Assembly: GCF_900115675.1 (NCBI RefSeq) | Contig: NZ_FOXI01000003.1 | Location: 234,767-258,766 of the forward strand | Direction: 5' to 3' | From: Halolamina pelagica | GTDB taxonomy: Archaea > Halobacteriota > Halobacteria > Halobacteriales > Haloferacaceae | Length of the DNA: 24,000 nucleotides | Shown here: positions 9,445 through 16,506 of the stretch, in pieces | How positions within the stretch are numbered: position 1 is the first letter of the stretch | How the letters are laid out: each line of letters opens with the position of its first letter | Translations under genes and position numbers: made by a program | The notes under the pieces: generated by a model | Told to the model about the DNA's origin: nothing | What the model saw: only the letters and a program-made list of their open reading frames with translations | The model's database searches: none

Positions 9445-9695
9445 TTTGGTGGTGAAACTCTAAGGCGGAGAGGCAATTGACCACATTTGTCGGGTGGGGA
9501 AAACCGATGAGAATCTTCCCTTGGTGACATCCTGATAGTCATCATTCATTCAATATATCGGTGATAGCCTATTCACCCTCTACTCTGGCGTACATACAGT
9601 CACCACTCTGTTGCCTGTACTTACGGTATCAGCTTACAGGTCCGAACAAGTAGCTATCGGAAAGCACTCTACAATTCCTTTCATTCGGTATACCT

Positions 9696-10295
9696 CTAGA
9701 TGACAGTATGAATTTGTGAAGTGATGTTTGCGAAAGCCTCAGAAGCGGCATCAAGATCAGTAACCCCTGTACAAAGTAACTTCCCACTCGCAAATACGAG
9801 AATAATATGATCGGAGCCACGGTACACCAACGCGGGGAACTGTTCCGGCTCGTATTCCGCGGTATTCATCCCCAACTCAAGAGTAAGAAGTTCCAGCGGT
9901 ATTGGTGAGCCGAAGTCGGTCGTAGCTACGATGTTGTTGATCTCGGTCGCTGGTTTGTAATCGAACTTCAGAATATCACGCATCACTCCATTTATTTGCT
10001 CAGTTTTATTGTTGAATTCTTCTATTGAGCCACATCCTGTAATAGAACAACGGCCAGATCGATAGAATGCGACATATGTATTATCAGGCGGAAACCGAGT
10101 TTGAAGCCAGTGGTTTTGCGATGGTTCGTACGTTACACTGGTGACATCCTCGCGTTCAGAGAACGTTTCCGCTAAGGCCGCAAGATCCAGCTCTTGCCGG
10201 TATGTGATCATACCTGAGACGTTGGCGATCTTCAGGTCAACCACTATTCTGTCATAACCATTGGTGGTAATAAGAGAAGCGGGTTTAGTAGTCAC
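9696..10295 (-). CDS. tbp: Divergent TATA-box-binding protein (TBP) paralog
   Basis: A two-repeat TBP architecture is recognisable. The second repeat is canonical: INNIVATTDFGSPIPLELLTLELGMNTAEYEPEQFPALVYRGSDHIILVFASGKLLCTGV. The first repeat is degenerate: KIANVSGMITYRQELDLAALAETF...TYEPSQNHWLQTRFPPDNTYVAFYRSGRCSITGC. The start codon is GTG (10295-10293), and the first in-frame ATG would truncate repeat 1. The gene is AT-rich (33% GC in the 9961-10020 sample). Confidence 0.85.
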   Translation of the reverse strand: MTTKPASLITTNGYDRIVVDLKIANVSGMITYRQELDLAALAETFSEREDVTSVTYEPSQNHWLQTRFPPDNTYVAFYRSGRCSITGCGSIEEFNNKTEQINGVMRDILKFDYKPATEINNIVATTDFGSPIPLELLTLELGMNTAEYEPEQFPALVYRGSDHIILVFASGKLLCTGVTDLDAASEAFANITSQIHTVI

Positions 10296-10379
10296 CTGGT
10301 ATGAGCTACTGGCTACTAATCTACTGAGTTACGGCATCAGTGAAGCCCCATCATCCTGAGATCTCCACTCTTTTCTTCT

Positions 10380-10396
10380 GTTGATGGCATATCAGC
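10380..10396 (-). repeat. Motif copy E2: GCTGA-T-ATGCCATCAAC
   Basis: Read directly from the sequence. It lies 19 nt downstream of the phosphoesterase stop (10416). In this copy GGCATA (10386-10391) and TATGCC (10399-10404) can form a 6-bp hairpin that encloses TCAGCGG. Confidence 0.8.
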
Positions 10397-10415
10397 GGTA
10401 TGCCGTCGTTCCGTT

Positions 10416-11417
10416 CTACAGTTTCCGCCTGAGGGTGTCGACCGCCCCACTTTCGACGGTTAGAAACCAGACAGAAGGGTCCGAAGCGTCGGTGTTAGTG
10501 CTAATGTCTTCTGTCGAACCAGCGTAAAGGAACTCACCATCGTCCCAGTTCGGCCGCTCTGGATCGTGAAGGTGTCCAGACACTACGTAGTCGAAACCAC
10601 CGAACGGCTTGCTGTTAATTTCGTCTAAGTCTACATCCGCACCGGAGCGGAACGGGACAAGTGTCTGGTGTAGCACGAGGATCGAAACCGAACTCATCAG
10701 TAAAGTTGGCACGTCCATCTCCTCAACCGAGAATTTCGATCCGGGCCGGTGATCGTAACCATAGACTTTCAGGTCATCTGTAATGTCTGAGCCCTCCATA
10801 TCGAGGTGAGTTGCAACGCCTTGACGTTCCCATCGTTTGAGGAGACGAGTCCCACGATCGCACTCGTGATTTCCCAAGATATAGTAGAAATCAATACCGG
10901 CATCTTGCATCCGCTGGAACGCCGCATCAACAGTATTGCAATCCTCCTCGGTAGCGTAATCGTGAAACACGTCTCCAGTATGAAGTATGGAATCGGCGTC
11001 GTGGGCTATGGCAACCTCAATTGCCTGTTCGAATTTTCCAGCACAGTCAATCGATTGATGGGGCTTGCTGGGGTGTTTCTTTCGTCCAACGTGGCTATCG
11101 CCCATAACCATCAGACGACAATCCGGAGTGGAATCCACGCGGTCCGCGCCCCATTTGTCAGAGCTATGTAACTTCTTTTTCCGACCATTGTCCCACGTCT
11201 GTCCATACCCCTCCCGGATCACGTATTCCGCTCCTTCCACCCATTCTGTCAGCGGGTTATGCTTGTTCCAGATTTCCAGCTCAAACTGTTTCCCAGAGCT
11301 ATCTTCTACAGTAAGTCGCCAATCTAACTTCTCATCATTGTGATGAACCGCTTCAACAACAGTTACCGAGATAGAGTCGAGATAAGAACGATCATCAATT
11401 GCTTCCCAAGAGGACAT
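10416..11417 (-). CDS. OB-fold-like N-terminal domain fused to a calcineurin-like metallophosphoesterase (Mre11/SbcD-type nuclease fold)
   Basis: All phosphoesterase motifs occur in order: MGDSHVG, HTGDVFHD, LGNHECD, VLHQ, SGHLHD. The ~100 N-terminal residues (WRLTVEDSSGKQFELEIWNKH...YVIREG) look like a beta-rich OB-type module. ATG start at 11417. Confidence 0.85.
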   Translation of the reverse strand: MSSWEAIDDRSYLDSISVTVVEAVHHNDEKLDWRLTVEDSSGKQFELEIWNKHNPLTEWVEGAEYVIREGYGQTWDNGRKKKLHSSDKWGADRVDSTPDCRLMVMGDSHVGRKKHPSKPHQSIDCAGKFEQAIEVAIAHDADSILHTGDVFHDYATEEDCNTVDAAFQRMQDAGIDFYYILGNHECDRGTRLLKRWERQGVATHLDMEGSDITDDLKVYGYDHRPGSKFSVEEMDVPTLLMSSVSILVLHQTLVPFRSGADVDLDEINSKPFGGFDYVVSGHLHDPERPNWDDGEFLYAGSTEDISTNTDASDPSVWFLTVESGAVDTLRRKL

Positions 11418-11508
11418 ATCTAAAGAACCGCAACGGGACGTATCATCTTTCCGGAGAAGTTATTCGGGATCAGGCTTTCCTAAATAGAGATACTAACGTT
11501 AAGCCGTG

Positions 11509-11524
11509 TTTGATGGCATTCAGC
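11509..11524 (-). repeat. Motif copy E3: GCTGA-ATGCCATCAAA
   Basis: Read directly from the sequence. It lies 7 nt downstream of the lipoprotein/operon stop (11532). Confidence 0.75.
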
Positions 11525-11531
11525 TCAGAGA

Positions 11532-12035
11532 TTAGCTATCCATCATCTCTCGAAATTCTTGCTTCAGTTCCTCGGCTCGCTCAAACCGGTCGTCACTCGT
11601 TGCCAACGCTTCTTCGGAGGCGACAGGGTCGTCGTTGACAGCCCGCTCGTAGGCCGCACTGTATCGCCACGTCGAAGCTCTCCGAATGAAGCTATAGTAC
11701 TGTCCGAGTGTGCTGAACAACTCCCATGTCTCGGTGCCGTTTTCGTAGCTTTCGAGCTCGCTGTCAAGAGCTTCCTCAAGCGACTCGTAACTGTTCGTGG
11801 CTCGCTCGAAGTGCATCATTGCCCGCGAATAGTCGCTCGCCTCAAGGGCGTCGTTGCCCGACACGTACTGATCAACCGCCTCTTGTTCAGTCGACTCGTG
11901 TTCCTCCAGCCACGCGTTCACAACCTCGTCGGGACTTTGCTCATCCGTTGTTTCCGATGTACAGCCCGCAAACAGGATTGTTGAGCCGGCTACGGCCAGT
12001 ACGTTACGCCGCGTTCGACCAGAGAGATCAGTCAT
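11532..12035 (-). CDS. Secreted Tat-type lipoprotein, helical, unknown function
   Basis: From the ATG at 12035 the protein begins MTDLSGRTRRNVLAVAGSTILFAGC. This gives a twin-arginine motif, a hydrophobic stretch and a lipobox Cys. The ORF-track start at 12110 is GTG and adds a non-signal-like extension. The ATG overlaps the upstream stop as ATGACTGA. It is the last gene of the six-gene operon. Confidence 0.7.
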   Translation of the reverse strand: MTDLSGRTRRNVLAVAGSTILFAGCTSETTDEQSPDEVVNAWLEEHESTEQEAVDQYVSGNDALEASDYSRAMMHFERATNSYESLEEALDSELESYENGTETWELFSTLGQYYSFIRRASTWRYSAAYERAVNDDPVASEEALATSDDRFERAEELKQEFREMMDS

Positions 12036-12390
12036 CAGCAACCCTCCTGTTGGCGGCGTCGACGAACCCCTGTCTCCTGAGGTTCTTGCCCCACGTCGAG
12101 AGGAACTCACTCAGGTCCAGACCTGATTCGTCGTGCTCGTGGGCCAGCGGGTGCTGTGTGTACCTAACCGCCCGCCACTCGTCGTCGTCGATCATGAACA
12201 CAACTTCGGGATCGCTCATCAGGTCGCCACGTTGCGTGTAGTAGTGCCCGACACTGAGACGACCATCCCCGATCTTCTCAATAGTCAAGTCTTCGAATCC
12301 GTCCACCGTAATCGTGTAGTTCTCGTTGACGTTCATCTCCGCAACCGATGGAACGCCCAGATTGCCCAGCATCTCCGAGATGGCGTCCAT
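12028..12390 (-). CDS. Hypothetical protein (120 aa)
   Basis: Acidic ORF in the operon. The ORF-track start at 12393 is TTG, and the next codon is ATG (12390-12388), sharing 1 nt with the upstream TGA. It contains LSVGHYYTQRGDLMSDPEVVF. I vaguely associate this motif with small proteins of plasmids and integrative elements, but I cannot name a family with confidence. Confidence 0.65.
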   Translation of the reverse strand: MDAISEMLGNLGVPSVAEMNVNENYTITVDGFEDLTIEKIGDGRLSVGHYYTQRGDLMSDPEVVFMIDDDEWRAVRYTQHPLAHEHDESGLDLSEFLSTWGKNLRRQGFVDAANRRVADD

Positions 12391-12803
12391 CAATCCAACA
12401 CCTCCGCGCCTTCAGCGAATCGTTCAATCTCGCTCTTGCTCAGTGTCCAGCCGTTCTCTGGGAGTTCCGCGACAACGTTGCGTTTGAACCGTTGGTAGTG
12501 AGTTACCGCGAAGTGATCGTTGAATGCGTGAGCGAGAAGCGCAATAGCGAGTTGGGCGGGACCGCTACCCCCGTAGTTCCACTCGAAACCAGCCGGGCTC
12601 GCCGACAGTAAGTCGTACCGACAGTCCAACGGCTCGCCATCGACAGTGACAGTACATTCTTCACCAACTGGGGCGGTCCTGTCTCGCTGGCCTCGATAAA
12701 TCGATTGACTGTCGTGGTCGCTTAACGTATCCTCGGCTGACAGGCCAGATGAAGTCGCCGAAGAGGTCTTTCTTCGGGTCAACCCCTGGGTATCGGGGCT
12801 CAT
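12390..12803 (-). CDS. Hypothetical protein with FEWNYGGSGPAQLAIALL motif (DUF6166-like, tentative)
   Basis: 137-aa ORF whose ATG at 12803 overlaps the upstream stop (ATGA). The GYGGSGPAQLA(L/I)ALL block followed by Y..FK..V...LP...W.L matches my memory of an uncharacterised phage/mobile-element domain family. There is an S/T-rich disordered N-terminus. Confidence 0.65.
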   Translation of the reverse strand: MSPDTQGLTRRKTSSATSSGLSAEDTLSDHDSQSIYRGQRDRTAPVGEECTVTVDGEPLDCRYDLLSASPAGFEWNYGGSGPAQLAIALLAHAFNDHFAVTHYQRFKRNVVAELPENGWTLSKSEIERFAEGAEVLD

Positions 12804-13183
12804 CGGGCCACCTCCACTATCCGGTCCAGGGCATCCCGAAGCTCGTGGGCGGTATCCGTGAGTTCTTGAGCCTGAGTTTCAAGCTCGGCGGCATTCGATT
12901 CGAGATTGTCCGCCGCCTCGATGAGCTCTGTCTCAAGCGTCTCGACGTCAACCTGACCGACCTCTATCCGTACACGTCGGATGTGCTTACACTCGGAAAC
13001 AGACTCACGGTACTCGAAGTCCGGACACGTACACGCGGGTTCTCGAAGGTCGACGGTATACTCGGAACCACTCTGAGTTGTGACAGAGAACAGTGATTGT
13101 GCCTCCTCGATGACGGTCATATGTTCCGTGGCGGCCCGGAGAGTCCGTGGCCCGATGTCAGGCTGGACTGATTCCGAAGACAT
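12800..13183 (-). CDS. SWIM-type zinc-finger protein with C-terminal coiled coil
   Basis: It carries the CxCx(n)CxH signature, CTCPDFEYRESVSECKHI. The C-terminal heptad-like acidic helix is ETLETELIEAADNLESNAAELETQAQELTDTAHELRDALD. The ATG at 13183 shares 1 nt with the upstream TGA. Confidence 0.8.
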   Translation of the reverse strand: MSSESVQPDIGPRTLRAATEHMTVIEEAQSLFSVTTQSGSEYTVDLREPACTCPDFEYRESVSECKHIRRVRIEVGQVDVETLETELIEAADNLESNAAELETQAQELTDTAHELRDALDRIVEVAR

Positions 13184-13677
13184 CAGACATCACCTCTGTC
13201 GTCCTGGACGGGCACCCAGTAGGGCTCGTTGCTGTCGAACTTCTCGACCCGCTTGAAGTGAACATCCTCGTCGGCGAGATCGATTGCTTGCTTCGCCGCC
13301 GACAGCGTCAGGGTGCCGGTTCGGAACGTGTAGCCTTTTTCCAGTACGCTGGGGTCAGTCGCCATTCGTACGTCGACGACCGGCCCGAACCGTCGCTTGT
13401 TCACACAGCCAGCCCGGGAACTCCACGGCCCTTCGAGCGTGACCTGTTCACCGTCGACGGTCGTAATCTCGAACGACCGACCGGAGAAGCCGCCGTCATT
13501 GCCGTCACCGCTCCAGGCGAAGTATTCGACGTACCCGTTATCGATGGCTGTCCACAGACTGTCTTCGTGCTCGAACCGGAGCTCAGACCGTTCTGGAGTT
13601 TCGTCAACGAGGACTTCCAGCCGGGGATCATTTCCGACGTCTTCCCGCCAGTCAATCTGGGCGTCGAGAATGTTCAT
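13183..13677 (-). CDS. Hypothetical protein (164 aa)
   Basis: Acidic ORF with a true ATG (13677-13675) overlapping the upstream stop (ATGA). No family recognised. Confidence 0.65.
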   Translation of the reverse strand: MNILDAQIDWREDVGNDPRLEVLVDETPERSELRFEHEDSLWTAIDNGYVEYFAWSGDGNDGGFSGRSFEITTVDGEQVTLEGPWSSRAGCVNKRRFGPVVDVRMATDPSVLEKGYTFRTGTLTLSAAKQAIDLADEDVHFKRVEKFDSNEPYWVPVQDDRGDV

Positions 13678-13916
13678 CGCCGATCACCGTCACACTCGAC
13701 TGGAAGATCACGCTTGCTCAGAACCTCGACGCCGCACTCGATACAGCGGAGGTATCGCTCCAAGTACTCGGTCTGACACTCATGTCGGCGCGAAGGGTCA
13801 GGATGCTTTCCAGGTACCCACTCGCTTTTGTCGATCACGAGGTGAGCGTCGACGTGTCTCGCTTCAGGGTGGTTCGGTGCCGATGCGCTTATTCCGTAGC
13901 TGTCGCTATCTGACAT
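13674..13916 (-). CDS. Small Cys/His-containing (zinc-ribbon-like) protein, first gene of the six-gene operon
   Basis: The HEC...CIECG arrangement (RRHECQTEYLERYLRCIECGVEV) is present. The ORF-track start at 13979 is TTG. I prefer the ATG at 13916 (MSDSDSYGISA..., 80 aa). The TTG start cannot be excluded, because a TATATC box at ~14019-14026 would place a TSS near 13995. Confidence 0.5.
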   Translation of the reverse strand: MSDSDSYGISASAPNHPEARHVDAHLVIDKSEWVPGKHPDPSRRHECQTEYLERYLRCIECGVEVLSKRDLPVECDGDRR

Positions 13917-13946
13917 TGGGTTCTCGTCTCCACGGGTAACCCACAG

Positions 13947-13968
13947 AATCGGTGCTACTACACCGATT
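13947..13968 (-). promoter_or_regulatory. Perfect 8-bp inverted repeat (AATCGGTG-N6-CACCGATT) in the leader/promoter-proximal region of the six-gene operon
   Basis: Read directly from the sequence: 13947-13954 aatcggtg, 13961-13968 caccgatt. It lies 31-52 nt upstream of the ATG at 13916. Confidence 0.4.
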
Positions 13969-14253
13969 TTTCTCCTCAAACCAGTTGTTTGAAGCTGTAG
14001 CTGGGGTTTTCCGTGTTTAGATATACGCGGGGATAGGTGTTAAGTGTTTACTTTCTGTAACTAATGAATCAAGATACTACGGCCAGTTTTTCTTTTATGT
14101 CCTTGTTTGATGGTATATCTGAGATGTGTGAGTAACTCGGACTGTATTCCAAACCGTGATACGCGTTAACACTAATGCTCTATGTGGCAAGTCGCCTTAC
14201 TAATTCGTTAATATGCCACCTTGCCAAGTATAGAGATATTGTTAACTCACCAC

Positions 14254-14272
14254 ATAAAATAGTCCGAAGGAC
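14254..14272 (-). terminator. Weak candidate terminator for the RHH-helicase operon (short hairpin + TATTTTAT)
   Basis: On the gene strand, GTCCTTCGGAC (4-bp stem) is followed by TATTTTAT, about 65 nt after the helicase stop. Archaeal termination uses oligo-T tracts, and this is only a T4 run. Confidence 0.3.
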
Positions 14273-14291
14273 CGTTTCCCGGGCACTCAGG

Positions 14292-14307
14292 GTTGATGGC
14301 ATTCAGC
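14292..14307 (-). repeat. Motif copy E4: GCTGA-ATGCCATCAAC
   Basis: Read directly from the sequence. It lies 31 nt downstream of the helicase stop (14339). Confidence 0.8.
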
Positions 14308-14338
14308 GGTTGGTCTGTTGATGACTCCGGATTTGTGG

Positions 14339-16195
14339 TTAGTTTTCGGGGTGGATTCGAAAATGGCCGTGGGGATTGAGGGTGTCGATACCTGTATCGA
14401 ACCACTCTTTCTTCCCGTTGAATCCGGTTATGCTGTCGACAGCATTCAGGTCCCGAAGGGTGTAGAGATGCTTCCGGACAGTACGTTCACCGTTACCGGT
14501 TTTCTCTTGAATTTCAGCCTTGGAGACTGATTCGTTGTTCTTGAGGACTCTCTTTGTTTCCTCGATCTTGTCACTCCACTTCTGTGGTCGCTTACTCACG
14601 ACTTTACGGGGAATCCAGTCGGGAATGCACGCTGTGTAGACGTAGATGTCCGCCCCAGCGATGTCGTCCTTCCGACCAGCACGGAAGATGGCCTGTGCGA
14701 CTTCGCTGTGAACCATATGGTGGTAGTACCGGTCGCCAATCTCGCCGTAGCTCTTGTCAACACCGTACTTGCCGTTGCTTTCAATGGCGTAGCCGTCCAA
14801 GGCCGCGAGCTGTTGGATGGCACGGTTGCCAGGGTGGAGCGAGCCGAGTACCGCAAGGAGCGTTTCATCCTCGAGTTCGCTGTGGGAACGCACTTTCCCG
14901 AGGTGAAGTTCTTTGTTGTCCACGTATTTGCCGTGGATGATGCTTTTCTTAGCCTGGAGACTTGTGATAGTCGGGACCATCCGGTCGTGGTGCTCACTAA
15001 TTTCGTGGAGGTAGCCGTTGAACTTCCATCGAGAGACATTTTTCGCCTTCGCTGAGAACGCCGTTGTTTCCTCGGTAAGTTGGGTGATCTTGTAGCCGAG
15101 GGTATCACGAACGAACTCAGCACGTTCTTCGTCGGTCATAAAGTCCTCGTCGTAGTCGAGCTCACGTCCGAGGCGACCCTCCCAGATTTCCGGGGTTGGT
15201 GTTCCGTCCATAGCGATGGCCGCCCACGCACTCGTGAGGGCTTCGGGAGGGTTCCGGATGGTGACCGATGGTTCGTCCCTGTCTTTGCCCTCGTCGTGGA
15301 GGAGTACCTTCTTTCCAATCTCCGTACGGCGAAGCCCTGTGTCCGTCACTTCATCGTTCTCGACGGGCTTACCGTTGAGCACAGCCAGCGTGAGGAGTGG
15401 AGAATCGGCACGACCGCCCTGATTCGAGTAGCCGATGTCCGGATCGACCAGGAGCTCACGATCCATAATGATCTCAATCCATTCCTCTCGCTGTTCATCG
15501 TCGGCACGGATCAGGTCATTCTTTGACCCAGCGTCGATGTCCGAGTGGTGCTCAAGGAACGTAGAGATAGCCGCCGTGTAGACGCTCTGGCTGACAGTGT
15601 ACTCGAAGGCCCCGCCAGCATCCTCGTCGAACAGCACAGCACGTTCTTCGACATAGCTCAAGATGTTGGCGTGGACTGGGTGACCGATTAGGAGCTCGTA
15701 GTCCTCAGCGTCGAAGTCGCACGCGGCCGAGTATTCACACTTGCCATCGTGCTGGCACGGAATCTTGTCGCCCATAAACTCGTGGATGATGCTCGGGGGA
15801 ACGAGCTGGCGTTGAAGTTCCGCCATCAGTTCGGACCACTTCAGGTCCATCCCGGAGACTTCCTTGCCGTCGTGCTCACCCTTGGCGGTAGGGCACCAAC
15901 GATTGAAGACGGGAAGCCGCTTGATATTTTCAGGTTCGAGACCGGCCTCAATGGCGTACTCCTCGATCTGTTCACGGGTGTCGATTTGCTTCGTGAACAC
16001 GGTGAGGGGATAGTCGACGTCGTCGTCAGCCGGGAGGTTGCCCGCACTCCACGTCTTGCCGAGCGTCATCAGAATAGGAAGGAGGTGATTTCCGCCTTGG
16101 TTGATGGCATCCTTGATGGTGTTGTAAGACTTGTTTCGCCACTCCTGAAGGGCGTCCACTTTGGCGGAGGTTGGGGTCTGTTCAATTCTCGACAT
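14339..16195 (-). CDS. P-loop NTPase / SF2-helicase-like protein with a four-Cys cluster and C-terminal winged-HTH; probable element replication/maintenance protein
   Basis: Walker A-like LMTLGKTW and Walker B-like AVLFDEDAGG are present. Four Cys lie between them (RWCPTAKGEH ... IPCQHDGKCEYSAACDF), an arrangement like the FeS/Zn insertion of XPD/DinG-type helicases. There is a motif VI-like VAQAIFRAGRKDD. The C-terminal HTH is SKAEIQEKTGNGERTVRKHLYTLRDLNAV. The ATG at 16195 lies 6 nt after the RHH gene stop. Confidence 0.75.
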   Translation of the reverse strand: MSRIEQTPTSAKVDALQEWRNKSYNTIKDAINQGGNHLLPILMTLGKTWSAGNLPADDDVDYPLTVFTKQIDTREQIEEYAIEAGLEPENIKRLPVFNRWCPTAKGEHDGKEVSGMDLKWSELMAELQRQLVPPSIIHEFMGDKIPCQHDGKCEYSAACDFDAEDYELLIGHPVHANILSYVEERAVLFDEDAGGAFEYTVSQSVYTAAISTFLEHHSDIDAGSKNDLIRADDEQREEWIEIIMDRELLVDPDIGYSNQGGRADSPLLTLAVLNGKPVENDEVTDTGLRRTEIGKKVLLHDEGKDRDEPSVTIRNPPEALTSAWAAIAMDGTPTPEIWEGRLGRELDYDEDFMTDEERAEFVRDTLGYKITQLTEETTAFSAKAKNVSRWKFNGYLHEISEHHDRMVPTITSLQAKKSIIHGKYVDNKELHLGKVRSHSELEDETLLAVLGSLHPGNRAIQQLAALDGYAIESNGKYGVDKSYGEIGDRYYHHMVHSEVAQAIFRAGRKDDIAGADIYVYTACIPDWIPRKVVSKRPQKWSDKIEETKRVLKNNESVSKAEIQEKTGNGERTVRKHLYTLRDLNAVDSITGFNGKKEWFDTGIDTLNPHGHFRIHPEN

Positions 16196-16201
16196 CCAGA
16201 G

Positions 16202-16501
16202 TTACTCGTCCAGCTCAGTAAGCTTCCGTTCGCGTTCGACGTGATAGCCTATAGCGTCATCAGCGAGGTGAGAGAGCTTCGCGTCAGTCCGTTCGAGGAA
16301 CATCTGGTGAATATCGTCGATGACGATGGTGGTTCGGACATAGTCATTTTCTGGACTTCGCCGTGCGTCTTCTGACGGCATCTCTCGTTCATCGTTGTTG
16401 ATTGCCTCAATGTGTTGTCGGACGGCTCGGGAGAGCGACAAGGCACTTCCGTCTATGAATTTTTTGTGCGAAGTTTGGATGTTGATTGTCTTCTGGATCA
16501 T
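16202..16501 (-). CDS. Ribbon-helix-helix (CopG/Arc/MetJ-like) DNA-binding protein, possibly tandem RHH
   Basis: 99 aa with a true ATG. Strand-helix-helix patterns occur at KTINIQTSHKKFIDGSALSLSRAVRQHIEAI and again at RTTIVIDDIHQMFLERTDAKLSHLADDAIGYHV. A perfect palindrome lies directly upstream of its start. Confidence 0.65.
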   Translation of the reverse strand: MIQKTINIQTSHKKFIDGSALSLSRAVRQHIEAINNDEREMPSEDARRSPENDYVRTTIVIDDIHQMFLERTDAKLSHLADDAIGYHVERERKLTELDE

Positions 16502-16506
16502 CTTCC

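Noticed and set aside
5285-12035. An identical 8-nt ATGACTGA stop/start overlap occurs at two junctions (5285-5292 and 12028-12035).
   Set aside because: It follows simply from an M-T start overlapping an Asp-stop end. It is evidence for translational coupling at each site, not for a shared element.
1875-14307. Possibility that the repeated motif marks starts of tiny ORFs, since ATGCCATCAAC would encode M-P-S-T/N.
   Set aside because: Reading on from each copy gives peptides of 6, 17, 18, 35 and 40 aa with no similarity beyond the four motif-encoded residues. The conservation is therefore at the nucleotide level.
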